From Psilocybe cubensis (Eukaryota): a DNA stretch of 64,000 nt. The stretch covers positions 2,976,001 through 3,040,000 of the forward strand of contig CM038999.1 of assembly GCA_017499595.2 (NCBI GenBank), written 5' to 3'. Of the stretch, positions 26,480 to 38,087 are shown one piece after another. The number at the start of each line of letters is the position of its first letter. Positions within the stretch are counted from its first letter, which is position 1. The translations under genes and the position numbers were made by a program. The notes beneath the pieces are model-generated. The model saw nothing but the letters and a program-made list of their open reading frames with translations. It had not been told where the DNA came from and searched no databases.

Positions 26480-28972
26480 ATGGCATCTCAGAAGATGATC
26501 TCCGGAAAGGAAGTTGCAACACACAACAGCAGGGAAAGTTGTTGGATAATTGTCCATGGTATCGTCGGTTTCAGCCCAGGTTGGAAATCCTTTGCGAAAA
26601 TTAACAATATGTAATGCAGGAAAGATCTACGATGTTACGGAATTCTTGGATGGTGTGTAATATAGCTACTTATAAATTTCTTTTTGTACTAAGGGGTTGT
26701 ATTTGTAGAGCATCCAGGTGCGCTACCGACGCGCTGCCATGCTATCAGTAACGAGTAATCTGACGCATGTTCAACAAGGTGGCAGCAAAATAATCTTGAA
26801 ATATGCTGGAAAGGATGCAACGTGCGTACTGCAAGCTTCAATAGAATTATCCCCCCCATGACCTTCCCGAGTATCTCAGGCAGGAATACGATCCTATACA
26901 CCCGCCAGACGCCATTGAAAATAACCTTCCTCCCGAAAAACAGTAAATTTTACCACACTATACCTAACGACTCAAAGCTGAGGAATTTTCGCAAGTTTAG
27001 GTCCAGTTGAACCAAACACCGTTGAAAAAGTAGAAGTCCGCATAACCGATGAAGAGATGGCCCGCCAGGAACGCATGTCAAACAGACCACCTCTAGATGA
27101 GATATTAAACCTTCACGATTTTGAGGTGAGACCTAACAGGGGACTTCGCTCAGTCTGATGTAATCCTTTAACTAGTCCATTGCACGACAAGTGATGCCCG
27201 AGAAAGCATGGGCATATTATTCTTCAGCAGCTGATGACGAGATCACACATAGGGAAAATCACTCAGCGTATCACAGGTAAATCAAGGGGTTATTTACTGC
27301 ATCCGAAAAGGCACTTACCTGCGAACTAACCTAGAATCTGGTTCCGACCCCAAATTCTTGTTGACGTTACGAAGGTTGATTGGTCGACTAGAATTTTGGG
27401 TCACAAGTCATCCATGCCCGTGTACATAGTACGTCCTGTCGATTCAGTTTTGAACATGCGGTTCTTGTTCGAGTTGATGCTTCTTTCTCGTTTTAGACAG
27501 CAACAGCTCTCGGGAAGCTTGGACACCCTGACGGCGAACTCAATCTTACGCGAGCTGCAGCTCGACATAATGTTATCCAGATGGTAAATCAACATACTTA
27601 TACTTCCTCCCATGCCTACTGTTAACGTTTCTATCGAAGATTCCGACCTTAGCGTCTTGCTCTTTTGACGAAATTGTGGATGCTGCTCAGCCTGGACAAG
27701 TACAATTTCTGCAATTGTATGTAAGCTCACAAGCATTATGCCGAATATCTAACTCAAATCCGACTAGATACGTTAACAAAGATAGAAATATCACCAAACG
27801 CCTGGTACAACATGCTGAGCAGCGGGGTATAAAAGGTCTGTTTATTACAGTTGATGCGCCCCAACTTGGCCGGCGTGAAAAGGTGCCTTACACCGCAACG
27901 CAGCTCATAATACATATGCCTGATAAAACATTTTAAAAAATGCAGGACATGAGGATGAAATTCACGGCGGAAGACCCTTCAGAAGTAGTCAAGTCAGGGT
28001 CAGACGGCATTGACAGGTCGCAAGGGGCTGCACGAGCTATCAGTGTTTGTTACTCAGCAGCATACCAAATTCAAAGCTGACCATGGATGCATGCTTACAC
28101 AGTCGTTTATAGACCCTGGTCTGCAGTGGAGTGACCTAGATTGGTTTAAAAGCATCACCAAAAGTATTCATTGTTGTTGTCTAAAACATATACCAAACTA
28201 ATGAAGCTGTCAGTGCCTCTCATTCTCAAAGGCGTTCAGCGGTGGGAGGAAAGTATTTTGCTCTATCATTCGATATTTATGACCTATTTTTGATGTTAAA
28301 CTCTATCAGGATGCTTTGAAGGCATACGACTTGGGCCTTGCTGGGGTTGTTTTATCGAACCACGGGGGCCGACAATTAGATTTTGCACGCTCTGGCGTTG
28401 AGGTACTCGTTGAAGTTGTCACAAATTTGAAACAAAAGCGTGGCCTTTCTTTCCCAAATGACAAATTTCAACTGTTCGTGGACGGAGGTGTACGACGTGC
28501 TACCGATGTTATCAAAGCCATTGCTCTGGGTGCAACAGCAGGTGCGAACCATATTCCTAGTCAGTCAATTATTCTGCTAAAAGTATGGTCTGTAGTGGGG
28601 ATTGGGCGGCCTTTCATCTATGCTTTCTCCTCTTACGGAGAACAAGGTGTCGATAAAGCGTTGAAGATTTTACAAGTATGTCACCCATATCTTCATTAAT
28701 AAGACCTTCATAGATTTTGATTTATCGCAAAGGATGAATTTGAAATGAACATGCGTTTAATTGGAGCTAAATCCATCCAAGATATCACCCCAGACATGGT
28801 CGATGCTACAAATATCAGTTCACATATCGCGTCAACACCCACAGACAGGCTTTACGATAGTAACTGTAAGGAGCCCACTTATTTCAAGCTCATCGCATAT
28901 ATTGATGCGACCTTGTTACTAGATGAAAGCATGCAACACGCCAAATTGCGGGAAATCAAATCAAAGATGTAA
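26480..28972 (+). CDS. Flavocytochrome b2-type dehydrogenase, glyoxylate dehydrogenase-like, paralog b
   Basis: MASQKMISGKEVATHNSRESCWIIVHGKIYDVTEFLDEHPGG; AWAYYSS, IPTLASCS, ITVDAPQLGRREK, SNHGGRQLD, DGGVRRATD; ends -IKSKM*. An intact frame requires a GA-AG intron at 28249-28309. Confidence 0.85.
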
Positions 28973-29876
28973 ATTTGCCAACACCGATGGGGGCAATGAT
29001 GATCTCGTATGGGTGCATGGACTTTGTGTTTATAGGATCCAATATCTACCTAAGAAATCTTGAATGGAAACAAATTCAACTTCAAATATATACTACATAA
29101 GTACTATGAAATGGAGAAATAACCTCAATCCAGTATCTCCATATGTATCGAAATTGAACTTGGTCGAAGGTAACTATTCGGGTTTCATTCTTTTCTTCAA
29201 GTTATGCACTTGGTTTTGTAACGATCTCTATCAGCTGATCCAGCTCCTTTTGAAATCCGCTTCAATAAACGAGCGCCTCAACTGGCAACCTAACTCATAA
29301 AGTCCGGCCATCCGTATTTTTATGAGCTAATACAGACAAACAAGTTCGGATGGATGGATGCTTCTCGAGCCCTTACTTCCGCGATATCCGTGCATGTTCG
29401 AACCACCCTTGACCGTTTAGGGTTCTTCTTAATCGTCTTTGGTTACTTGATTTGTCTACAATCGTACCCGCCATGCTGGCGAGAGTTTGTCCATGACTTC
29501 CTATAGTCAGGTCTACCATAACCAACCTCACGAACAAGAGTGATTGCGCCAATATTTGTGTAACACAGCACAGGCGTTTCTCGACAAAGCACAAGGACAT
29601 ACTTTGGGACCTGGGGTGGATTTGTCCTTGAATTTAACATATCCCCTTCAAGCGCCTCGTTGAAAGAGAAGGTTCTTCATATCTCGTCAGATGGTTGGAA
29701 AACCGGAGTACTGAAAATATCCATCCTAAACTTCCTTCATTTCCGGGTTGGGCAATAAAACCCGCGATCGTGTCGCTATATCTTCAGCCTATAACTCAGT
29801 GAGGCTCTCCTTACGCCATCCATCGCTCATTCCGGGTCGCTGTAGACACCACGCATCCTTGCGCCCCTCATCCAGG

Positions 29877-32439
29877 ATGTCAGAAAAAGGCAAAAACGAT
29901 ACAGCTGCGGCCGGGAGCAAGGAAGGGGTGGATTTTTTCAACAGAATTGCTCTTCCAAAAGTTGGATCCCCTGAACGAATATCGGCTGAGCGTGCGTTGG
30001 TTCGGAAACTGGATATGCGCCTTCTGCCTACCATATTTGTTATATTCATCATGAACTATATTGATGTAGGTGTCCTTTTCCCTCTGGCGACGATATAGAT
30101 GTTGAAAGAGCTTCAAAAAAGCGGAACGGCGTCACGACCGCAAGATTGAAAGGATTGCAGAAAGACCTCCACCTGAGCGGTATGTGGCAGCTTGGCCTGA
30201 AATCAATCAAGCCTGACAAAATCGGGATACTGCCGTCTGAACTTCAGATGTTCAATACCAGACAGTTATCGCCATATTGTTTGTCTCTTACTGTCCTGCA
30301 CAAATACCATCTAATATGGTGTGTCTTATAATTTATTTTTCTGGAGCATTTCATTCATACGACAATCCTATTCTTAAAATTCAGATCATCAACAAAGTCA
30401 ATCGGTGAGCTTGCCCAAATATCATCTTCGGTGCAAATTTTGTTGATTATTAAAGGAAGACCTTCTTTGTACATTGGTGTATGCACGTGTCTATGGGGCC
30501 TAACAAGTCTTCTCACTGGGGTATTTCCGTTTCCTGACGCGCCTCCTTTTCGTTGATTTTTTTGCCCAATAAGATCACCAAAAATTTTGCGGGGATCGTG
30601 GCTTGCCGTATATTTATAGGCCTTCCGGAATCTGTTTTTTATCCTGGTGCCATCTATGTTCTATCTAGATGGTACACAAAGAAAGTACGCGTCAATGATC
30701 CATATTTTCGCCTTCTATTCATCGAATCCTCCTAGGAATTGGCGTTTCGATCCGCCTTTTTATACGTTGGACTACTTATCTCAAACGCTTTTGGCACGGT
30801 AAACACTATCAAAAAAATTTTGAGACGACCACTGACATATTCGTTGTAGTTATTGGCTGCTGGCATCCTTGCAAATATGGAAGGCAAACGTGGTATTCGC
30901 GCCTGGAGATGGTAATGTTGAAATACTGATCTTGTCGTATCTAGATTTTCATTAACTTGCTCAGGTTATTCTTTATTGAGGTACCAAATATCTGCCTTTG
31001 GTCCCTCGCAAACTAAATCGTTCCACAAGGGTGCTCTCACAATATGTGTTGGCCTTATTAGCATGTTGGTGTCTTCTCTCTTGTCCTGCCAATATACATT
31101 AGTAACATCTGATGGGATACATCATATAGGTGGTCACTACCGGATTATGTCAGTACTTCTGCTCATCAATCTCTGAACTTTCATCTAAAGTATGCAGCCT
31201 CACAATACGAGGTGGATGTCCAGCCTGGAGTGTAAACTTGCGCAAGTTCGGCTCTCTGAGGATGTTGGCGAAGCTGATATGGATAATGGAACTGATTCGT
31301 AAGCCCTATTTCTCTCACAGGAGTCGTCTCTCAATATTAGCTAGTCCTATGCATGGATTATTTTTGGCTCTCAAAGATCCAAAAGTTGCCCTGTTTTCAA
31401 TCATGACAACAGCGCAACTTCTGGGATTGAGCTTTTCACAGTATTTCCCTACGTAATCGTGGTCTTTCCATTGAACGTACATTTGTTTGCTGATCGTAAT
31501 ACAGCCTTGCACAGACACTGGGATTCAATACCACAAACACACTCCTTCTAGCTTCGTAAGTAGTATTATTTTGAACCTTTATTTCCGATTTGTTGATGGA
31601 TTTAGACCCCCGTGGATTTTAGCATCAATATTATGTTTTTGGAATGCATGGCACGCAGGTAACTTTCATTATCTCGCTTGTATGCTCTGCTGCAGTGATG
31701 ATTTTCTGCCTCAGATCGAACAGGCGAACGCTTTTTCCACATGGTCGGTTGGTGGGCAAGCGTAGTGATAGGATATATCATCGCGTTTTCGACCAAATCA
31801 ATAGCTGTACGTTACATCTCGCTTTTCTTCATGGCAGGTGGTTACGCTGGTCAGTGAATATGTTTCACTTCTTTTCAACACACATATATATATTTCCAGG
31901 CTCTGCTATAACCCTAGTTTGGGTGGCAAATACATTTCCACGTCCACCAGCGTAAGTATTTAGCTCTATGATAGAACGCTACACATAACGACTTTTTGGC
32001 TAGAAAAAGGGCAGCCGCAATCGGCCTAGTTAACGGAATTGGAAATGTTGGAATGGTGTAAGACTTCCTTTTTTAAAATCTTAATGCTGTATCCTCAAGT
32101 TTTATACCTAAGAATGGGCTCATACACCTGGAAAGTTGTCTGGTCTCCTAATTACTACCCATCGATGGCCGTATCTCTCGGGGCGCTGGTGATTAGCGCT
32201 TTACTGGCCTTGGGTTAGTTTCCCACTGCCTTTTTAATTGCGAATCACTGACCTGCGAATCACTGTTCCCGATAGTGATCCGTCAAATACTTGTACATGA
32301 GAACAGGAGGTTGGATGCAGATGGGAAAGCTACTACTGAAGATATGGACCGAACTCGCGTTCAAGAAGCCGCAAAATTGGAAGGTATCACTTTCGAACAG
32401 GCTATGCAAAGGAGAAAAGGATACCGGTACTTGTATTGA
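29877..32439 (+). CDS. MFS transporter, anion:cation symporter (ACS; TNA1/DAL5-like) family
   Basis: ERALVRKLDMRLLP...NYIDR, QIPSN, GLPESVFYPG..YVLSRWY, ELAFRSA, AWRWLFFIEG, LPDYP, DRTGER, KRAAAIG, C-terminal GYRYLY*; hand-spliced through 19 GT-AG introns with an intact frame. Confidence 0.9.
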
Positions 32440-32739
32440 GCCCCTGTTATAAGAAAATCAGCCCATTTTGCATCTGTCGGAGACATGCCAAGAAACACCG
32501 TGTCGCCCGGACTTCTTCAAGTGACTTCGAAAAAAAGCAAAGCCTCTTTGGCCAAAACTTTATCATATATTTTCTATCATAATAACACAAATACATGCTT
32601 CTAGATCCGTGTGCATCGCAGAATTTTTGCACAACTGTTTGGATCGCAGTACCCGAATCCTGATTGGGTCCTAGCGACATCACATTCCAGACTCTCGACC
32701 CTATAAAAGCCCTCGCAGGAGTTTTCATCTTGTAAAAGT

Positions 32740-34479
32740 ATGCCAGGAATACCTTCTCAGAAGGACTTTACTGTTGCAATTGTCGGTGGGGGGATTTGCG
32801 GCTTGTCTTGGTGAATTTATTAGTGATACAACTGGGTTTATTGCTCATGTTATATATCTTTACCATTTAGTGCCATCATCTTATCTCGAGCTGGGTTAAA
32901 TGTGAAGCTTTTTGAGCGAACGGTATGTTTTTTTTTTGTTATTGGCATGAATATATTTTCAACTGTATTGCAGTCCAGATTTGAAGAAATCGGTGCTGGG
33001 ATAGGTTTAGGCCCCAATGCTGTCCGTGCATTAAAATTAATGGGTTTACTGGAGCCTATTCTTGAGGCAGTCAACGTTGCCGATTTAACAACACAAACGA
33101 GCATTCAGTTTGTTCAGGGAACAGGAACTCACGAACTAATCTATGACCTTCCTGTGACTTGAATCATCCCTTTTCCACAAAATACCGTTACTAGTGCTAA
33201 CAAGACATTCAATAGGATGTTAATCCGAATGATAAAGGAAATTTGGAAAAAACAGGATTTGGAATATACAGGTAAAGGTATTGACGCGTTTGCTAATCCT
33301 CAATTCTCACTGCATCATCACTGGCAGGCCAACTTTTTTAGACGCGCTCTTGCCTCTCATCGATCCAAACGTCGTCTGCTTTCTGAAGCGCCTGACATTG
33401 TTGACAACATCGAAGTCCGGAGCATATCGACTTCATTTTTCTGATAACACAACATACGATGCAGACGTTGTAATCGGAGCTGATGGTATTAAAAGTACTG
33501 TACGCAACTCTGTAGCGGTACCAGATGAGGGTCTGCTGGCATTCTCCAATAGGTACATATATCGTGACAGGGTCTCGATAGAAGACCTCAAAGCACTTGG
33601 AGTTAAGGGAGAGGTTTACTCTCGTTTACAGGCTTGGCTAGGCAATGGAAAGGTTCGACAACCCACCTTTGAAAGAAAAACCGACATTAACATATCTTTA
33701 GCAAATAGTGACGTTTCCGGTCAATGACCACACCATTGTATGTTTATGCATTGATACCTGATACACAGAATAGGACGTTCGTCGTTGATAATGGTTTCTT
33801 CAGCTCAGCATCACTGCAGCAGTAAATGTTCACGCTCCAGGGATGCCTCCTTCTCCAGCAATACCCGCTCCGTGGGTACAGGATGTCGATCAAGAGGAGT
33901 TGCTCAAAGCTTATGAACCTGAGTTTGGGGGCGACATTCTAGCAATTATTCGGCTAATGACAAGGCCAAAGAGATGGGCCCTGCATATGATATATCCTCC
34001 TCTCAAGACCTATGTCAAGGACAGGATTGCATTAATTGGAGACGCTGTAAAGTATTTTTATCGCATTTATATTGTGCAGTCACTGATGTATGTCATTGAA
34101 GGCTCATGCAATGGTTCCATTCATAGGTGCTGGAGCCGGGCAAGGCTTTGAAGATGTTTACGCCATCTGTCGTATTTTATCCCATCCCAAGGTTACAAAA
34201 AGCAGGCTGTCCGTGAGTAGCAGTTGGATATAATGGCTTTCCTGTTTTTATTATTTTTCAAAGGATGCATTTGTCATGTACGACAACTATAGGCGACCCC
34301 TTGCTAATAAAACTTTGGAACAGAGCTTGGTGGCTGGAGATAATTTAGAGTGCTTCATTCCTGGAGGAGAGGATGTAACGAGACAGCGGATAAGGATGAT
34401 GTACGAAGATCAGTGGATACAGAATCTCTGGCATCATGATTTTGATGAGGAGGTCACAAAGATTTTAGAAGAATTTTGA
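32740..34479 (+). CDS. FAD-dependent monooxygenase (group A, salicylate hydroxylase-like)
   Basis: VAIVGGGICGL (GxGxxG), EIGAGIGLGPNA, VIGADGIKSTVR (DG motif), IALIGDA-AHAMVPFIGAGAGQGFED (GD motif); TATA-like TATAAAA at 32702. Confidence 0.9.
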
Positions 34480-34692
34480 AGTCCATTATAGGGTATACAA
34501 CGAAGATGTGTCATGCGTACGTAGTCTAGACACATGTCCTAATGGTATATGGAGGTACAATGTGAAGGGTGATATGTATATACTGACTCTAATAGCTAAT
34601 AACTAAAAAAGGTCAACCTCATCTCAAAATGACGCTGGCTTCACCAAGCATAACTCAGTAATAGCCTCAAGTATCGTCCATGGACGACGAAA

Positions 34693-36211
34693 TCATACGA
34701 CATTGAAGGCTGATCCACCAGCCTTTGCATCAAGTTCGATTACTTCATTCAAACCTGTTAAGAACGAGAATTTAGAAGTGCACATATAAGAAAAAGAAAA
34801 AACGTGTTACCCATCACTTCGAAGAATGACTTAGGGTCCATTCCTTTAGCTGAGGTAAAGTCTGTACCCGTTTTCTTCAAAGATTGCATGGCAGCGCGGA
34901 CTGAGTGGACCATTGCGACGCATGATACCAGCGAGAATACTGCATGAACTGTTAGCATATGTATGTTATACTTGGAACAATATACCAACTGATGATTTTA
35001 GCACCAAGTTTTTCGGCTTCATGATATGTAAATGATGGTGTCAGACCACCAGATATCACGTTTACGAGTACCTATTTGGCGAAGACGAATGTTAGTTACA
35101 AAGGAAGATTAGCGGCAATCGGAATACGTACGGGTTTTGGAGCCAGTGCAGCGACAGTCGATTGTAGCAACTCCGCCGTCTTGACTCCTTCGATGAAGCA
35201 AACATCAGCGCCTGCATCTGCTGCCAGTTTGAGCCTAGTGATCGCCTCTTCCATTCCCAACACCTGAGCGGAGTCGGTTCGGCCAATGATGACCTACGTA
35301 GAATTGCTTAGTTTTGCCTATGAACATAGGAGGTAGAGTAGGTGCGTACAAAATCAGAACCTCCTGGGATAGAATCGCGAGCAATGACAGCTGCCCTGAT
35401 CCTCGTTAAAAATTCCTCACGAGAGACGACTTGCTTGCCCATCAAATGGCCGCAGCGCTTAGTCTGAACTTGATCTTCGATGTGCATGCCAGCGACTCCT
35501 GCACTGATATATTGTCTCACAGTGCGAGCGACATTCACGGGACCGCCGAACCTGTATCAAATTATCAGTAAGATTCAACCAGTATTATATAGGATGGGTC
35601 AAACGGTGCATACCCAGTGTCGGCATCTGCAATGACTGGTATTGAAGGATTAATGCTGCACACCATCTGTGCCGCCTAGGAAAGCTTGTCAATTGCAAAA
35701 CAAAGATAATGATATTAGTATAGACGCACTCCAACGAAGTCATTGAGGGTCGCGATGGCAAGGTCTGGTTGTCCCAAACGAGACGCTGTAGTTGCCGCAC
35801 CACTAAAACGAAGGTCGGTATATGCGAGGAGGAACTTTAGGCCGCGACAAAAGGTATACCTTTGATACATGCAATCGAAACCGGCTTCGATTGCGCATCG
35901 GGCGCTGATACCATCACAAATTCCGGGAGCAACCTGCAAGACGACTTCGCTTTGACACCTGAACAAAGGGAAATTTTACATTGGTGACGTACAACTATTC
36001 CGGGTCGGGCTAACATCTGTCGCAACCGAGTGGCGGCGTTCACAGATAGCGGTCCTTCCAAATAGTTTTTTGGGTCCAGACGAGCATTATAGTAGACGCC
36101 AGGACGAGATGGCCCGTCATTAAGATCCTCACGCGCCTCTGGACGAGACTCTGAGCGAGAATTGCTTGGTGGGGCAGTCTCGGTTTTCGAGTAAAATTCA
36201 AGGCCTGGCAT
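34693..36211 (-). CDS. oahA: Oxaloacetate acetylhydrolase-type enzyme, paralog 3
   Basis: MPGLEFYS...[53 protein letters not shown] marker Ser at 34932-34934; an extra intron at 35072-35131 absent from paralogs 1 and 2. Confidence 0.85.
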
Positions 36212-36367
36212 TGCTGGATAGCAGAGAAGGGGGCTGAAGAGGAACTAGGTGTGGCTCGAATTTCGATGAGGTTGTAGCCCAAAGTCAGCCAATTTAAAGC
36301 AAAAGCGTGTAATTCAAAACTTCAAAAGAAGAACTGTCGAAAATCCAAAATTGCATAGCCGGAAAAC

Positions 36368-36676
36368 ACAAGTCTTGGCAGTTTTCCATCTCAATGAACT
36401 ATTTTTGTCACTTGACATTTATACACATACCGTGGTCTCGACATGCGCTATATGGAGATGGAAAACTCAACAAGTCTGTGTAAAAACATTGGTGAGCGTT
36501 ATGACATTGCGAAGAAGTTTTTTCGGTGAAAACCATGTTATGCCGTTATTTTGTAGTTCTAGTGAAGAAGCGCACGCCAGTACGGGTCGTGATGAGTGCA
36601 ATTTTGACTTTGCCAAGAGGTTGAATCATAGAGGAAGTAAAAGAATGGGTCCTGGAGAAACACGAGGCCCGAACGG
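36368..36676. promoter_or_regulatory. Candidate cis-elements upstream of OAH paralog 3 shared with paralog 1
   Basis: ACAAGTCTTGGC at 36368-36379 and CACGAGGCCCGAACGG at 36661-36676. Confidence 0.45.
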
Positions 36677-37108
36677 TGGAGTCAATACAGACGTAAAACT
36701 ATTAGTTCCCACTTGGTATATCGTGGGTCGTGTAAGCACAAGGATAGGTAGTGGACACTGCAGTACGACTCACCATTTGTTTTTTTTTGGAAGGGAGAAC
36801 TGATACGTTGAAGCAGTTCCTTGCGGCGCTAGAGCGGATTTTCTCTCCAGCGCAGCACGCAGCAATCTGTTTGTAGGCTTTTCAATCGGCCTGAAGAATT
36901 TATACCACTGAAGAGAAAATTGTAGTGGAGTGGTCGAACAATCTGGAAATGACTACACATTACTGTCAGTAAACAGACACGGAAGAAAGAATCCATGCAC
37001 TTAATTCAGATAGATTCTGTCGGGAAATTGAGAGCAAAATTTTAATCATTCAATTATTCAATGTTATGTAAGAATCAGAATCGTGCGATAGCTTGTGAGA
37101 ACGATTAA

Positions 37109-38087
37109 GGCCCCGTTCGGTAACCCTGTTAGAGTCGGTTAGGTTAGGTTTTCCCCCGCCAAATTTTGCGCCAAGCCGAGGAGAGCGTCGGATCGACTGG
37201 GAGCGAGGGCCAAATGGACCTGGACCTGGACCTGGACTTGGCCCTCACATGAATCTGGGAATATTTGTCAGATTTTCCCAAGGTCCAAGGCAAGGTCCAT
37301 CGTAGGTGTTATTTTAGTGTTACCTTTGCCCGTCATTGCCATTGTGTTTGTGCCACAGCTGACAGAATCTGATAAATAACCAGTAAATTACCACTGAATT
37401 TAAAAAATTGGATTAAGTAGCTTCTCTAACTCATTATAAACTAGCATGGTACTATGGCATTAATTTTCTAAGTAATCCAAGTAACTCCCTATATAAATTT
37501 GATATAACATTGATCATTCTGAAGAGCCCTAATATTGTTTAAAGCACTAGAGATTTGGTCAATATTCATAAATATCTAAACAATAATTCTTCTGGTGATA
37601 GAGAACCATTTAAATCTTTTTGAGCAATGCACCACCACAAATGATGTTAAAAGCAGTTGAATGAGTCTCAATATGCCGCAAATATTCCAAGTTCAAGCTG
37701 AGTTTCGGCTGAGTTTTCGAGTTTGATCCAATCAGGTGACTCATCCCACAGGTTCCCCTTAAGCTCCATGTTTGTCACTCATGGTACAACAACAGGAATA
37801 TATGTGGAACATATCTAGTCCACTGGAGGTTTACACAAAGGCCATATGTGGGCCACGGTGAGATTTTATCTCGGTCAAGCCCCGAAGTCCAAGTCCAAGT
37901 CTGGGCCACGGTCCATGTTGGACCTGTGACCCAGTCGATCCGACTTTCTGAAGCCGAGCCAAGTCGGTTACCTCTGGTTACGTCTGTCACGCTATGTCAC
38001 TTTTTGGCAGGCAAAACCGTGACAAATCGTGACAAAACCTGACTTAACCTAACCTAACCGACTTTAACAGGGTTACCGAACGGGGCC
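37109..38087. mobile_element. Non-autonomous PIF/Harbinger (Tourist-like) MITE, 979 bp
   Basis: 42-bp terminal inverted repeats GGCCCCGTTCGGTAACCCTGTTA(G/A)AGTCGGTTAGGTTAGGTT (37109-37150 and 38046-38087, 1 mismatch), TAA target duplication at 37106-37108 and 38088-38090, subterminal inverted blocks (GTCGGATCGACTGGG / CCCAGTCGATCCGAC; TGGACC / AAGTCC repeats), AT-rich core, no transposase. Confidence 0.92.

Noticed and set aside
37137-37150. Telomere-like GGTTAGGTTAGG repeats (also at 38046-38059)
   Set aside because: Only 2-3 pentamer units, part of the MITE TIRs, not TTAGGG arrays.
37215-37238. TGGACC tandem repeats as a CRISPR-like array
   Set aside because: No spacers; MITE subterminal repeats in a eukaryotic genome.
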